From Candidatus Pelearchaeum maunauluense (lineage in GTDB: Archaea > Thermoproteota > Nitrososphaeria_A > Caldarchaeales > Caldarchaeaceae): 28,664 nt of DNA. Below, in pieces: positions 9,727-18,669 of this stretch. The notes under the pieces were generated by a model, which saw only the letters and a list, made by a program, of their open reading frames with translations, searched no databases and was not told the origin of the DNA. The stretch is from contig JANVYQ010000014.1 in NCBI GenBank assembly GCA_030059675.1, positions 1-28,664 of the forward strand, written 5' to 3'. The position numbers and the translations under genes were made by a program. Each line of letters begins with the position of its first letter. The first letter of the stretch is position 1.

Positions 9727-10824
9727 ATGTTGATTGCCGAGTTGGAGTCTCAAAGCATTTTTAAAATCATGAACGAGGATGGAACCACCGCCCGCGATGC
9801 TGGTGAGATAGGGCTGGGTCATGAGCAGCTGCGGGAGATTTACCGTGCTATGCTTACTGCGCGTCTTCTTGATGAGTGGCTTATGCGCCTCCAGCGGATC
9901 GGGAAAATCCCATTCCACGCGCCCAATATTGGGCATGAAGCGGTAGCGGCTATTGCGTATGCGCTCAGGGAGCAGGATTGGATATTCCCCTCCCACCGCG
10001 ACCTAGCTCTACAAATAGCGCGCGGAGCAACGATAGAAGAGATAGTAGCACATTACATGGTGAACGCCAAATCGCCGTTTAAGGGAAGGGACATACTCAC
10101 CATAGGTAATAAGCGGCTCAGAATATTCCTGCCACCAATACCAATATCAACCAACATGCCGCCAGCCGTCGGCTTTGCTATGGCGTGCAAGCTAAAGAAA
10201 CGCGATGAGGTAGTTGCTGTATTCTTTGGAGACGGGGCAACATCTAAAGGCGACTTCCACGAATCAATGAACTTTGCAGGAGTCTTCAAAGCGCCAATAG
10301 TCTTCTTCTGCGAAAACAACCAATACGCCATCTCCTGCCCAGTTGTTAAGCAGACAGCTAGCGAGAGCCTAGCGATAAAAGCAACAGCATACGGCTTCCC
10401 GGGAATAAGAGTAGATGGTAACGACCCACTAGCAGTATATCTAGCCGCGCGCGAAGCATTAGAGAGAGCACATAGCGGAGAAGGCCCGACACTAGTGGAG
10501 CTTTTCATGTACAGGCTAGGGCCACACTCAACAGCGGATGACGCTATGAGGTATAGGACACTTGAAGAAGTGAGGATGTGGGAGGAGAGGGAGCCAGTAA
10601 AACGCTTCAAATACTTCCTCCTAAAGTCTGGTGTTATAAGCGAGGAGGATGATGCGAAGATGAGGGAGCAGATAGAGGCCGCGATTAGGCATGCTATAGA
10701 AGTGAATGAGGGACAGCCGCCTCACCCACCAGAGAGCATAATGGACGACGTATACGCTGAGTGGCTTTGGCATTTAGAGGAAGAGCGGGAGAGCCTCTCA
10801 ACGGAGCTAAACAGCAAAACCTAA
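9727..10824 (+). CDS. pdhA: 2-oxoacid (pyruvate or branched-chain) dehydrogenase E1 alpha subunit
   Basis: GHEA, GDGATSKGDFHESMNFA...ENNQYAIS ThDP motif, VDGND, YRLGPHSTADD. Start uncertain (9691, 9727 or TTG 9742). Confidence 0.88.
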   Translation: MLIAELESQSIFKIMNEDGTTARDAGEIGLGHEQLREIYRAMLTARLLDEWLMRLQRIGKIPFHAPNIGHEAVAAIAYALREQDWIFPSHRDLALQIARGATIEEIVAHYMVNAKSPFKGRDILTIGNKRLRIFLPPIPISTNMPPAVGFAMACKLKKRDEVVAVFFGDGATSKGDFHESMNFAGVFKAPIVFFCENNQYAISCPVVKQTASESLAIKATAYGFPGIRVDGNDPLAVYLAAREALERAHSGEGPTLVELFMYRLGPHSTADDAMRYRTLEEVRMWEEREPVKRFKYFLLKSGVISEEDDAKMREQIEAAIRHAIEVNEGQPPHPPESIMDDVYAEWLWHLEEERESLSTELNSKT

Positions 10825-10827
10825 CAT

Positions 10828-11538
10828 CTATATCCACGTACTTACTAGCTGCTCCATTCTCTTCTCAAACTCCTCCTTAACGCCCTCGGACTTCACACGC
10901 CCCAAATCAATCTCATAAACATAGTCGGCAAGCCTTACCGCCTGCCTAACGTTCTGGTCAACAAGTAAAACTGTTATGTTGGATTCTCTCAGCTTCTCCA
11001 AGTATGAGTATATCTTAACAGCTATGCTCGGCGCCAGGCCTGCGGTAGGCTCATCTACCAGTATGAGCCTGGGTTCATGTATTAATGCCTTGGCTACCTC
11101 AAGCATCTTCTGCTCACCACCACTTAAAGCGCCAGCCTTCATGTCCTTCTTCTCCTTAAGCACGGGGAACATGCTGTAAACCTTCTCAAGGGATTCGCGA
11201 ATCCTCTCTTTATCCTTTCTGTACAACCAGGTATTAACGCGTAGATTATCATAAACGGTTAATGCTGGAAATATCGTTCTATGCTGCGGTATGTATGTTA
11301 TTCCCCTCATAAGCAGTTTATGCGGTTCCTCCCCCGTGATGTCATGGCCGTTGAAATAGACTTTCCCGCTTCGCGGCTTTATCATTCCATAGATTGTCTT
11401 CAACAATGTTGATTTGCCGGCGCCGTTAGGGCCTATGACCACTGTTATCCCGCCCTCTATCGTTTTTAGTGTTATGCCGTGAAGTATGTCAGCCGACCCG
11501 TAATAGCCTGCCACGAGCTCCCTAACCTCAAGAACCAT
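10828..11538 (-). CDS. livF: Branched-chain amino acid-type ABC transporter ATPase (LivF-like)
   Basis: GPNGAGKST, LSGGEQKML, VDEPTAGLAP, LLVDQN. Confidence 0.88.
   Translation of the reverse strand: MVLEVRELVAGYYGSADILHGITLKTIEGGITVVIGPNGAGKSTLLKTIYGMIKPRSGKVYFNGHDITGEEPHKLLMRGITYIPQHRTIFPALTVYDNLRVNTWLYRKDKERIRESLEKVYSMFPVLKEKKDMKAGALSGGEQKMLEVAKALIHEPRLILVDEPTAGLAPSIAVKIYSYLEKLRESNITVLLVDQNVRQAVRLADYVYEIDLGRVKSEGVKEEFEKRMEQLVSTWI
11336..11355. repeat. 20-bp tract identical to 12053-12072 (livF/livG paralogs)
   Basis: GTGATGTCATGGCCGTTGAA occurs in both genes and encodes FNGHDIT. Confidence 0.85.
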
Positions 11539-11541
11539 GCC

Positions 11542-12102
11542 CTACACCCCCAGATAAGCCTCCAAGACGCCCCTACTCTTTCTAGCCTCCTCCAAAGTCC
11601 CCTCATATATCACTTCGCCAGCATGCATCACGAGCACACTATTGCATATAGTCCTAATGGAGGGCATGTCATGGCTTACTATCAGGAATGTCCTTCCAAA
11701 CTCTTCGTTAAGCCTCTTGATGTAGTTGATTATCTTTGCCTTGAGCTCTGGATGTATCCCATAGAACGGCTCATCAAGCAGTAGTAGCTGGGGGTCATGT
11801 ACTATTGCGCGCGCCAGCTCCAGCAGCTTCTGCTGCCCGCCTGATATCTCGCTGGCCAGCTCGTCCCTTATCCTCCGTATCTCAAAGAAATCACACAGCC
11901 ATTCTACACGACTTATCGCCTCTTCCCTCTTCTTGTAGAACCTAAGTGCAGGGACGAGTATGTTATCAAAGACCGTCATGCCCTTGAATATCTTAACCAC
12001 CTGAAACGTCCTCCCTATGCCGAGTAGCGCCACCTTATGGGGTGGATAGCCTGTGATGTCATGGCCGTTGAAGAGCATGCTACCGCAGTCGGGCTTCACG
12101 AA
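11542..12102 (-). pseudogene. livG: LivG-like ABC ATPase, 5'-truncated (Walker A missing)
   Basis: Similarity begins at FVKPDCG, then GIGRTFQ, ISGGQQKLLELARA, LLDEP and SHD. There is no GPNGAGKT; the upstream sequence belongs to the opposite-strand gene. Confidence 0.8.
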
Positions 12103-13222
12103 GGGAGGAGGATATCCACTAAGAACTCCTGTGATAGACTTGGTAGAAGTAGGCGCTGGCGGAGGAAGTATAGCGTGGATAGACTCTGTCGGGGCTCTGC
12201 ATGTTGGGCCTAGAAGCGCTGGCGCCGAGCCAGGCCCAGTATGCTACGGGAAAGGCGGTGTGGAGCCCACAGTTACCGACGCAAACCTAGTACTGGGTAG
12301 GCTATGTGAGGAACACTTCCTCGGAGGCGCTGTAAGACTTGACAAGCAAGGTGCTACAAACGCATTAAAGAAGCTCGCGGAAGCTCTAGGCCTAGAACTA
12401 CTAGAAGCTGCGTATGGCGTTATCGAGATAGCTAATGCAAGCATGCTCAGGGCTATGCGCTCCATATCTGTCGAACGCGGATACGACCCGCGCGACTTTA
12501 GTTTCATAGTTTTCGGCGGGGCAGGCCCGTTGCATGCCAACGCTCTTGCTGCGGAGCTGGAGGTTAAGCGTGTCATAATACCGCCAAGCCCAGGCGTGGC
12601 GTCAGCCCTAGGATTAATAGTAACAGACGTAAAACACGACTACTCTGTAACGCGGACACAAAGGCTTGACACAGCAAACCTTGATGAGATAAACGCGACC
12701 TACTCTAGGTTTGAGGCCGATGCGCGGGCGCAGCTTGCGCGTGATGGGATAGCTGAGCGTGATATGAAGCTCCTAAGGTTCATGGATGTCAGGTACGTGG
12801 GGCAGTCTTACGAGCTTAGACTACCTGTTCCACATGGAAAACTATCAAGAAAAGACCTGGAAGAAATAATAGCTGCGTTCCATGAAGAGCACGAACGCGT
12901 CTATGGACATGCTGAGCGCACAGAGCCTGTGGAGATGGTTAACCTGCGTCTCGAAGCAGTGGGGGTGATAGTTAAGCCTAGATTAAAGAGGCTGCATAAA
13001 GCAAGCGGGCCGCCTGATAACGCTGTAATTCACGTAAGGGATGTCTATTTCGGAGACGAGGGGCTGGTTAGCTGTAAAGTCTATGATAGGCGAAGGCTTC
13101 TTTTTGGTCATGTGGTTGAGGGGCCTGCTATAGTTGAAGAGCATGACTCAACCACCGTTATACTTCCAGGATACGGTGCGGAGGTTGACGAGCTAGGGAA
13201 TCTGATAATCCTAAAGATGTGA
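12095..13222 (+). pseudogene. Hydantoinase A / 5-oxoprolinase family protein, C-terminal half only (5'-truncated)
   Basis: KGGGYPLRTPVIDLVEVGAGGGSIAW, SAGAEPGPVCYGKGG, PTVTDAN, FGGAGPLHA, RYVGQSYEL, GPAIVEE.DSTT. About 375 aa against roughly 680 aa for the family; the N-terminal D.GGT ATP-binding motifs are absent. Confidence 0.82.
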
Positions 13223-13230
13223 AAATATAC

Positions 13231-14925
13231 TTATCTTTTCATCAGGTCGCCGCGGGCAGGTGGGTTAAGCTCTTCAGGGTCAACCAAGACCTCCACAACA
13301 CTGGGTTTTTCAGCATCTAATGCTTGTGTTAGTGCTTCTCTAAGTTCTCCAGGCCGTTCCACACGCACACCAAACGCCCCAAACTTTTCAGCAACCTCTG
13401 CAAAACATGGGTTGAGCAAGTCGCAGCCAAAGTATCTTCCGCCGTAGAAATGTTTCTGGTAAGCCTTCTCAGCCGCCCAGCAATTGTTATTCAGCACAAC
13501 TGCTGCGACGTTTATGCCATGTTGTACTGCTGTTGCTATCTCGTGGAGCGTCATGATAAAACCGCCATCGCCGCATACAGCTGCGACCTGCTTGTCTGGT
13601 TTGGCAATCTTAGCGCCAAGGGCTGTTGGATACCCGCAGCCAACGCATGCCAGGTCAAGCGGCGACAGAAATGTGCGCGGCTCGTAGAACTCCAACAGCT
13701 TATACCCGAAGGCAACCGCATTACCATCATCCAAAACAATTATTGCATCACGTTTAAGAGCCTCGCGAAGCTCCCTAAAGACACGCTGCGGCTTTATCGG
13801 CGTCGCGTCAGACGAAGCAGTGAGAGCCAGCTTATCCTTTTCCTCTCTCCGCATAGCTACTATCTTGTTGAGTCTATCCGTATTCTTCACCAAAACACCA
13901 GACGAGACATTCTTCACGGCCTCTATCAAGGCGCGTAGCACAGCCTTAGCGTCGCCCACCATGCCGAGCGCTACCCTATAATGTCGTCCAATCTCGCTTG
14001 GCTCTATATCCACTTGTATTATCTTAACATCTCTAGAGAAGCAGTCTTGGCTGAAGAATGTGGTGAATGCGCCCAGCCTTGTTCCCACCGCGAGTATCAC
14101 GTCAGCCTCCTTGGCTATCCGTTTGGCGGTCTCAGAGCCATCGCGGCCTAGCTGTCCTATGAAAAGTGGAAAATCTCCTGGGACGGCGTCAATATGGCCG
14201 TATGAGGTAGCTATGGGCGCGGTTAGCATCTCTGCTAAAGCTATAACCTCTTTGGTTGCTTCGCTCCACTTAACCCCACCACCAGCTATTATCAGCGGAT
14301 TAGAGGCTGAGAGCAGAAGCCTAGCAGCCTGGACTATGATGTCTGAATCTGGACTAACTCTAGGAAAATCAACCACATCATAGTTATTTGGAGAAACCGC
14401 CGCATTAGAAACATCACAAAAATCCAACAGCATGTCCCTGGGTATATCCAGATGAACAGGCCCCTTACGGCCCTGTAGAGCTATGCTAAATGCCCTTCTA
14501 ACCATCTCTGGGATACGCTCCACACGCGTTATTGTCGCGTTCCATTTTACTATGGGTCTGGTAAGTGCTGTTTGGTTGAGCTCTTGTATTGTATCGCGGT
14601 AAAGTTCACGTGTGGTTGGTGCCCCGCTAATCAGAACCACTGGCGAGAAGGCTCTATAGGCCGCTGCTATACCTGTAATAACGTTGGTGAGACCTGGCCC
14701 ATTATGCACCATACATACCCCAGCTTTCAGGGAAACGCGGGCATACCCGTCAGCCATATGTCCAGCAGCCTGCTCATGCCTTACATTAACCAAGCTAATC
14801 TCTGGTGTTTCGCGTAGAATGTCAAAAACAGGAACAAGGTCGGAGCCTAATAACGCGAAGATATGCTGAACGCCCAAGCCTCTTAATGAGTCAACTAACA
14901 GCTTTGAGCCGCTCACCAAGGTCAT
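13231..14925 (-). CDS. ThDP-dependent enzyme of the acetolactate-synthase superfamily, sulfoacetaldehyde acetyltransferase (Xsc)-like
   Basis: RHEQAAGHMADGYAR, NGPGLTN, GDGG...NN ThDP motif, followed by WAAEKAYQKHFY. ATG 14925 preferred because the longer ORF overlaps the upstream gene and a TATA box lies 25 bp upstream. Confidence 0.85.
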   Translation of the reverse strand: MTLVSGSKLLVDSLRGLGVQHIFALLGSDLVPVFDILRETPEISLVNVRHEQAAGHMADGYARVSLKAGVCMVHNGPGLTNVITGIAAAYRAFSPVVLISGAPTTRELYRDTIQELNQTALTRPIVKWNATITRVERIPEMVRRAFSIALQGRKGPVHLDIPRDMLLDFCDVSNAAVSPNNYDVVDFPRVSPDSDIIVQAARLLLSASNPLIIAGGGVKWSEATKEVIALAEMLTAPIATSYGHIDAVPGDFPLFIGQLGRDGSETAKRIAKEADVILAVGTRLGAFTTFFSQDCFSRDVKIIQVDIEPSEIGRHYRVALGMVGDAKAVLRALIEAVKNVSSGVLVKNTDRLNKIVAMRREEKDKLALTASSDATPIKPQRVFRELREALKRDAIIVLDDGNAVAFGYKLLEFYEPRTFLSPLDLACVGCGYPTALGAKIAKPDKQVAAVCGDGGFIMTLHEIATAVQHGINVAAVVLNNNCWAAEKAYQKHFYGGRYFGCDLLNPCFAEVAEKFGAFGVRVERPGELREALTQALDAEKPSVVEVLVDPEELNPPARGDLMKR

Positions 14926-14949
14926 TAAGATGATGAATGTTGAGGCTTG

Positions 14950-14956
14950 ATATAAA
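14950..14956 (-). promoter_or_regulatory. TATA box (TTTATAT) for the ThDP enzyme gene
   Basis: 25 bp upstream of ATG 14925, typical leaderless archaeal spacing. Confidence 0.5.
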
Positions 14957-14984
14957 GAGGGGAATGAGCCTCTAGGGGGACAGC

Positions 14985-16364
14985 CTAGTGTTGAGGGGGA
15001 ATGACAGTATCCTGTATTTTCCACAGCTCGTATGCTAGGCTGGTGGGCAATTCCACATCCTCAAATGTTATTAACTCATCAGCGTTTATGTCTCGTTTTA
15101 GTCTAGCGCCTTTAGCAAGCCCAAGCGGTAGGAGATTTTTCTCCTTCATGGTTGTGGCCTTCACCAAGTAGCCGTATATCGTATATCCCCCACCACACGC
15201 ATCTATTACCGTGCCTTTCTCCAGCTTTCTCTTAGCCGCGCACGCAACGTCTGAGTAATGCCCTATAGGGGCTCCCGTAGGCTCGCGATAGAGTGCAATC
15301 TTAGCTATAGTGTAGGGGACTTCAATACCAACCATATGAACATAACGATATAGTATGGCGTTGCCGCTTTTCTTTCCTAGGATAACGTTGTAGTGCCGCA
15401 TACATTCTTTGAGATAGTCGTTGGGCGCTCGGAATACTATGAATGTGCCAAATGTTATGTCGTTCGTTGCCCGTCTCCCATCTGGGTATATTGAGCTAAC
15501 CGTCTCCACTACATGCTCATTCTCCAAGACGCCTCCGAATTCTCTTCGGCTCAATACGTCTGGGATTTCCAAGAGGTCTGCTGGGGCGAAGTGCATACCA
15601 TCAACATCAGGGACTAGGCCTGTGGAGTTGGAGACGGCCGCGCACTCTACGGCAGGCTTGGTACCGTCCATAAAGGAGTTATACATCACAGGGTTTAGCT
15701 CGGTTCCAAACGCCTCCTTAAACCTCCTACTATACTTGCTGAACCATCCAGGTTCCCTCATTATATCATCTGGAGTCTTTCTCCGCCTATCTGGAGTGTA
15801 GGCGGCCCCGCGTCCAGCAGCTATAACCTCTAGACCAAGGGTACGCGCCCACTCATAATGCTCCACTATTATCGCGGGCTGGTCTCCATAGGCCAGGCTG
15901 TAGACAACACCGGAGCTATCAGCCATCCTCTTCAGCAAAGGTCCCAACAACGCATCGGTCTCCACATTAACCATAACTATGTTCTTCTTAGCTAATATTG
16001 CGCGGTAGGCATGGAAAGCTCCTACTAACGTATCGCCAGTAGCTTCCACTACAGTATCTATACCGCTTTCAATTAGAACTCCACTATCATCAGTAACCAC
16101 TGGTATGCCTTCGCTGATAGCTCTATCTGCCTCCTCGGCTGTCTTTACATATTTTATCTTGCTTCTATCAACACCCGCGAGCTCATACGCCTTATAGGCT
16201 CTTTCCAACACTTTATCCGCTACAATACTTGGCTGCATGCTTAAAGCATGGTGGAGCTGCGAAACCAGCTGTGTGCCGAACATCCCAGCACCAATAACAC
16301 CAACGCGGATAGGCTCGGAATTGGAAAGCCTCCCCAACATCATACAACAACTATGAACATCCAT
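14985..16364 (-). CDS. NAD(P)-dependent oxidoreductase, homoserine-dehydrogenase-like, with C-terminal SAF domain (COG4091-like)
   Basis: VGVIGAGMFG Rossmann motif, VVEATG, MVNVETD, GDQPA, MYNSFMDGTK, and C-terminal LPLGLA..A.LKRDI..DELITFEDV (SAF). Start may be ATG 16343 or 16340. Confidence 0.85.
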   Translation of the reverse strand: MDVHSCCMMLGRLSNSEPIRVGVIGAGMFGTQLVSQLHHALSMQPSIVADKVLERAYKAYELAGVDRSKIKYVKTAEEADRAISEGIPVVTDDSGVLIESGIDTVVEATGDTLVGAFHAYRAILAKKNIVMVNVETDALLGPLLKRMADSSGVVYSLAYGDQPAIIVEHYEWARTLGLEVIAAGRGAAYTPDRRRKTPDDIMREPGWFSKYSRRFKEAFGTELNPVMYNSFMDGTKPAVECAAVSNSTGLVPDVDGMHFAPADLLEIPDVLSRREFGGVLENEHVVETVSSIYPDGRRATNDITFGTFIVFRAPNDYLKECMRHYNVILGKKSGNAILYRYVHMVGIEVPYTIAKIALYREPTGAPIGHYSDVACAAKRKLEKGTVIDACGGGYTIYGYLVKATTMKEKNLLPLGLAKGARLKRDINADELITFEDVELPTSLAYELWKIQDTVIPPQH

Positions 16365-16440
16365 GCTTGCGCTATATACTTTCTAGACAATTGACGCGCA
16401 AACTCTGAACATAGTTGGGCATAACATCAAAAGATGTCTT

Positions 16441-17598
16441 TCATGATAGACACGGCTTAGACCAGCCCAATAGGTGTAGATTGCTTACATTTACGTTTTT
16501 GAGATGTTTCTTAGCCTCTTGATAGCATCGCCATACCTGCTCCTCAGGAGTTACGGGTAGGTCGTTCATGTAAAAATCTGGGTGGAATATTAGGAGGTTA
16601 TATGGTATTGTCTCATCTAGGCTCGCTATGAAGCGCGCTATCGCTGCAACCTCTTCCTCAGATACATAGTGGGGGACTAACAGGGTTGTGGCTCCTAAGA
16701 CTGGAACATCGCGCCTAGCTTCGTAGAACTCGCGATAGACCAGCTCAATATTCTTCAACACTCTATCATTATTCATGGATGTCAAGGCTATGTGTATTGG
16801 CTCGTTAAACGCTTTCAAGTCAAACTTGACATTGCCGCCGCTCTCAAAAGACAGGCTGGCTGCACGCTTGACTAGCGCAGAGTTTCCATCTCCATTCCAC
16901 TCCCAGCAGATTCTAACAATCCTGCCTTTATTACATTCCTCTAAGACCATCCTAGAAGAATTAAGCGCAAACGGTAGCTGAGGCTCTGCCGAGCCCCCAA
17001 ACCAACACCAACAAGTAATACGGGGATTCCCCAAAGTCAAATCCACAATCTCACGGGCAGAGACAACTTTAGCTTCACTCAAAACCTTATGATTCCAATT
17101 CTGGCAAAATAGACAGTTAAACGAGCAGCCATAGAAGAATAGGGCTAGGTTATAGTACCCTACCTCAGGGCCAGGCCTGACCGCGTATCTGGGATAGCCG
17201 CATCCAGTTCCCGCCGGACAGAAGTAGGAGTGGCAGCAGTTGGTTACATGGGGGTCTAGGTAGTAGTGGAGGAGGGCTTGGCTCGTTGTTGATAAGCTCT
17301 TTATCCTCCCATCTTGGGCTGACCTTATTCCACAATACCCGACCCCACCATCAGCCATCACACACTCGGCAGCGCATAAGCTACACCTAACACCACCACT
17401 ACTTCTAGGCGGTCTAGGTGGGAGACCAAACCTAGACCTAAAACGTGCATGATTGGACAGCGCGATACCAATAGCCTCATCAGGCCTGGCGAGGAGACAA
17501 GAACGACAAACACCAATAGAGCTAGAAATCAAGAGCGACGAATAGCCGCAAAGCTGACAAACACCATCTCTACAACCAAACGTGCGAGAAACTAGCAT
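16441..17598 (-). CDS. Radical SAM protein (PFL-activase / AmmeMemoRadiSam-related) with Cys-rich N-terminus
   Basis: GCSFNCLFCQNW CxxxCxxC motif, FGGSAEP, KFDLKAF, TTLLVP, FHPDF. Confidence 0.85.
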   Translation of the reverse strand: MLVSRTFGCRDGVCQLCGYSSLLISSSIGVCRSCLLARPDEAIGIALSNHARFRSRFGLPPRPPRSSGGVRCSLCAAECVMADGGVGYCGIRSAQDGRIKSLSTTSQALLHYYLDPHVTNCCHSYFCPAGTGCGYPRYAVRPGPEVGYYNLALFFYGCSFNCLFCQNWNHKVLSEAKVVSAREIVDLTLGNPRITCWCWFGGSAEPQLPFALNSSRMVLEECNKGRIVRICWEWNGDGNSALVKRAASLSFESGGNVKFDLKAFNEPIHIALTSMNNDRVLKNIELVYREFYEARRDVPVLGATTLLVPHYVSEEEVAAIARFIASLDETIPYNLLIFHPDFYMNDLPVTPEEQVWRCYQEAKKHLKNVNVSNLHLLGWSKPCLS

Positions 17599-17622
17599 AT
17601 ATCCGTGTGCCTTTTCTGATTC

Positions 17623-17634
17623 AAAAAATTTAAA
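17623..17634. promoter_or_regulatory. A-tract plus palindromic TTTAAA box between divergent radical SAM and LLM genes
   Basis: TTTAAA at 17629-17634 lies 31 bp from start 17598 and 22 bp from start 17656; possibly bidirectional. Confidence 0.45.
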
Positions 17635-17655
17635 GCTCTAAACGCATCAAATACT

Positions 17656-18669
17656 ATGCGCATATCTTGGAGCTTGGCTTTAGGCTCTCTAAACGGGGTT
17701 GTAGAGGAAGCGCGGCTATGTGAAGCGGAGGGCCTTGATGGAGTATGGTTCCCAGACTACCAAGCCCCATTTTCAGAATGGGCAGAGCTATACGTAACAT
17801 TAACAACAATAGCTCTTAAGACGGAAAGGATCTTCCTAGGCTCATTTGTAACAGATTTCCTACGCAGGCATCCTATGGTTGTTGCTCACGCTTTTGCGTC
17901 TCTCAGTCATTTAGCTCCAGGGAGGGCTATACTTGGTGTGGGCGCAGGAGCGGGGCCAGCCATACACCATTTGGAATATCTATAGGGAATCCCTGCTCCA
18001 GACTTCGGGAGGGCATTGAAACTATCCACCTGCTCTGGAGTGCAACAAAGAAGGAGAAAGCAAATTATCAAGGAAAATTCTTTAGATTAAACAACGCTGG
18101 CCCACCCCTGGTACCGCGTGACCCCATTCCAATATACGTAGCAGCATATGGGCCTTGTATGTTGAAGGTCACGGCGGAGCTTGCTGATGGGTGGATACCC
18201 CGAATGTCATACTCCAGCAACGTATAAAGAGACTCTCAAGAGGTTAAGAAAATCCATGCAGGGGAGAAGGTATGAAGATATTGAACCTTGCTGCGCTCTC
18301 ATCTTCTACCCCTGGGAGCCAAGCAGCCGAGCATATGAAAGAATACTAAAAGCAGCCAAAGATTACCTAGCCATGTATCCAGATATACAGTGGGCGGCTG
18401 GTGGGGGAAAGGGGCATCCTGGTTTACGCACACATCAAATAATCCATGATGATACACTGCTTGAGGAGCTATCTTCACAAGTACCTGATTGGCTGGCTGA
18501 AGCTACGCTAATTTATGGAGGTATGGAGGAGTGCATGGATAGGATGTTGAAATTTTTTGAAGCGGGTTGTAGGCATCTGATTCTAGAGCCGTATTGGATT
18601 GAGCGGAATAAGGTGATGGACGCCATCAGGGAGGCTGGCCGTATAGCTAATGCAGTACGCGCCTATTAG
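17656..18669 (+). pseudogene. LLM class oxidoreductase with two compensating frameshifts
   Basis: The N- and C-terminal ORFs share a frame. The missing middle (SHTPFGISIGNPCSRLREGIE...PIPIYVAAYGPCMLKVTAELADGWIP) is in another frame between G4 17952-17955 and C4 18198-18201. Confidence 0.85.

Noticed and set aside
12053-12094. N-terminus MMSWPLKSMLPQSG of ORF 12053-13222 as a real start
   Set aside because: It is the antisense of livG coding sequence; hydantoinase similarity starts only at about 12095-12101.
14926-15024. N-terminal extension of the ThDP enzyme, and an ATGATGA C-box suggesting a C/D sRNA
   Set aside because: The extension overlaps the upstream gene and contains a TATA box; no properly spaced CTGA D/D' boxes follow the C-box.
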